Below, piece by piece: positions 62,791 to 64,000 of a stretch of DNA of 64,000 nucleotides. The position numbers were made by a program, and so were the translations under genes. Numbering within the stretch: the stretch's first letter is position 1; each line of letters opens with the position of its first letter. The stretch comes from Cycas panzhihuaensis. Taxonomy: Eukaryota > Plantae > Cycadophyta. Where the stretch lies: positions 162,199,741 through 162,263,740 of the forward strand of contig CM041465.1 in NCBI GenBank assembly GCA_023213395.1, written 5' to 3'. The notes under the pieces are model-generated. The model did no database searches, had not been told where the DNA came from, and saw only the letters and a program-made list of their open reading frames with translations.

Positions 62791-64000
62791 CTCGTTAGAT
62801 CTATGTCCTCCAAGCTATCCTATTCCACCGCAACAGAGCCTGCAATAATTGAGGCAACAAATTCCTCCAACCAACATTGCACCACATTTTTCACATCTCC
62901 ATGCCCATTTGACAACCCAATTATAGGCATAAATAAGGGAGGCTTAACTGCATCTTATCATCCAAAAAGGATTCAAGCTCATTTAGTTCCCACGTAGTAC
63001 GAGATAGAGTGTGATTTGGCCAAAACTATAGAGATTTAGAGATTTTTCCTATTGGACTAACACACAGATCATTCAATGGAGGCTGGAGAATGAGCTGACT
63101 TGACGACTGTCTTCAAGTTTATATGCAGATTGGACAATAATTATTGAATTCCCAATCTGATCTTTATGCATTGATCTCGATCATTTGCAGGGTCGGCTGG
63201 TAATCATCTGCAAATTTCGAATCACTCTGGCCTTTTGCAAAAGCATTTGCAATAAACACATGACTTTCATGATTTCATGGTGATCAATAAGATTATTAGA
63301 GGCACAAAAAATTCTGGGCGATTGTTGAAGACAGTTGTTCGATCTTCAGTTAGAGGGGAAGTTGCAAAGATCGATTGATTGATTCAGTTGTAGAGAGAAA
63401 CTTGGACGACTTTCCATAGTTTCACTTGCTTGCCATTCTCTGTGCAATTGATGAAACCTATCAATGTGACCATTCATTGTGATCCTCATTGAGTCTAGAC
63501 CTCAGATATAGTGCCAGATTACAATTCTAGAGCTTTGTTGAAGAGAACTTCTTGCCTGTATCCTATTTTCATTGCTCTTTTTTTTAAACCTGTTGTTAAT
63601 TTTTTTTTTCTATAGTTTATAAAACCATAGGTTATATAATTTAGAATATTCATATAATATTCCCTTTTTAATATTAGCCTCCATGCTAAAGTTTCATTTT
63701 TTAATATTTTTTAATCATTTTTAGCCCATTTTAAGTCATTTTGAACCCCTTTTTTGATTTGTTTTAGACAATTTTTCAAATTTTCTACAGTTATTTTTAG
63801 TTTTTTATTATATTTCTCTCTAAAAATATAGAAAATTATAAATTTTAATATAAAAACTTGAAAGATTAAGAAAGACGAAATCCTAAGTGAACCACCCTCA
63901 TTACCAGTCTTGCAAGGGAAACAGTTAGGACCCTTGAAGGTACCACTCCTGCACATGCTATTGTACTTTCTTGAACTCTACGGACCATAGGGGAGGCAAT

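Overview
AT-rich seed-plant nuclear DNA (gymnosperm-like; lineage inferred, not proven), made almost entirely of nested and partly deleted LTR retrotransposons (Ty1/Copia, chromoviral Ty3/Gypsy, non-chromoviral Gypsy). One intact 205-nt coding exon of a FIG4-type SAC phosphoinositide phosphatase lies at 3438-3642 with canonical splice sites. No neighbouring exon was recognised, so most of the window may be a single intron of more than 60 kb. Five insertions have both LTRs and a target-site duplication, with LTR identity from 100% to about 86% (counted by eye). The most striking element is a very young non-autonomous LTR element (12615-17296) whose interior is a mosaic of old, intronless host-gene fragments (VDAC porin, 11S-like bicupin, possibly more). 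A second host-fragment mosaic (ARID-HMG) lies near the right end. Also notable: a Gypsy with a second capsid-like domain between protease and RT, Gag proteins with four zinc knuckles and tRNA-Glu priming, and a chromovirus with a TRIM-like unit between two primer-binding sites. All identifications come from motif recognition by eye; no searches were run.
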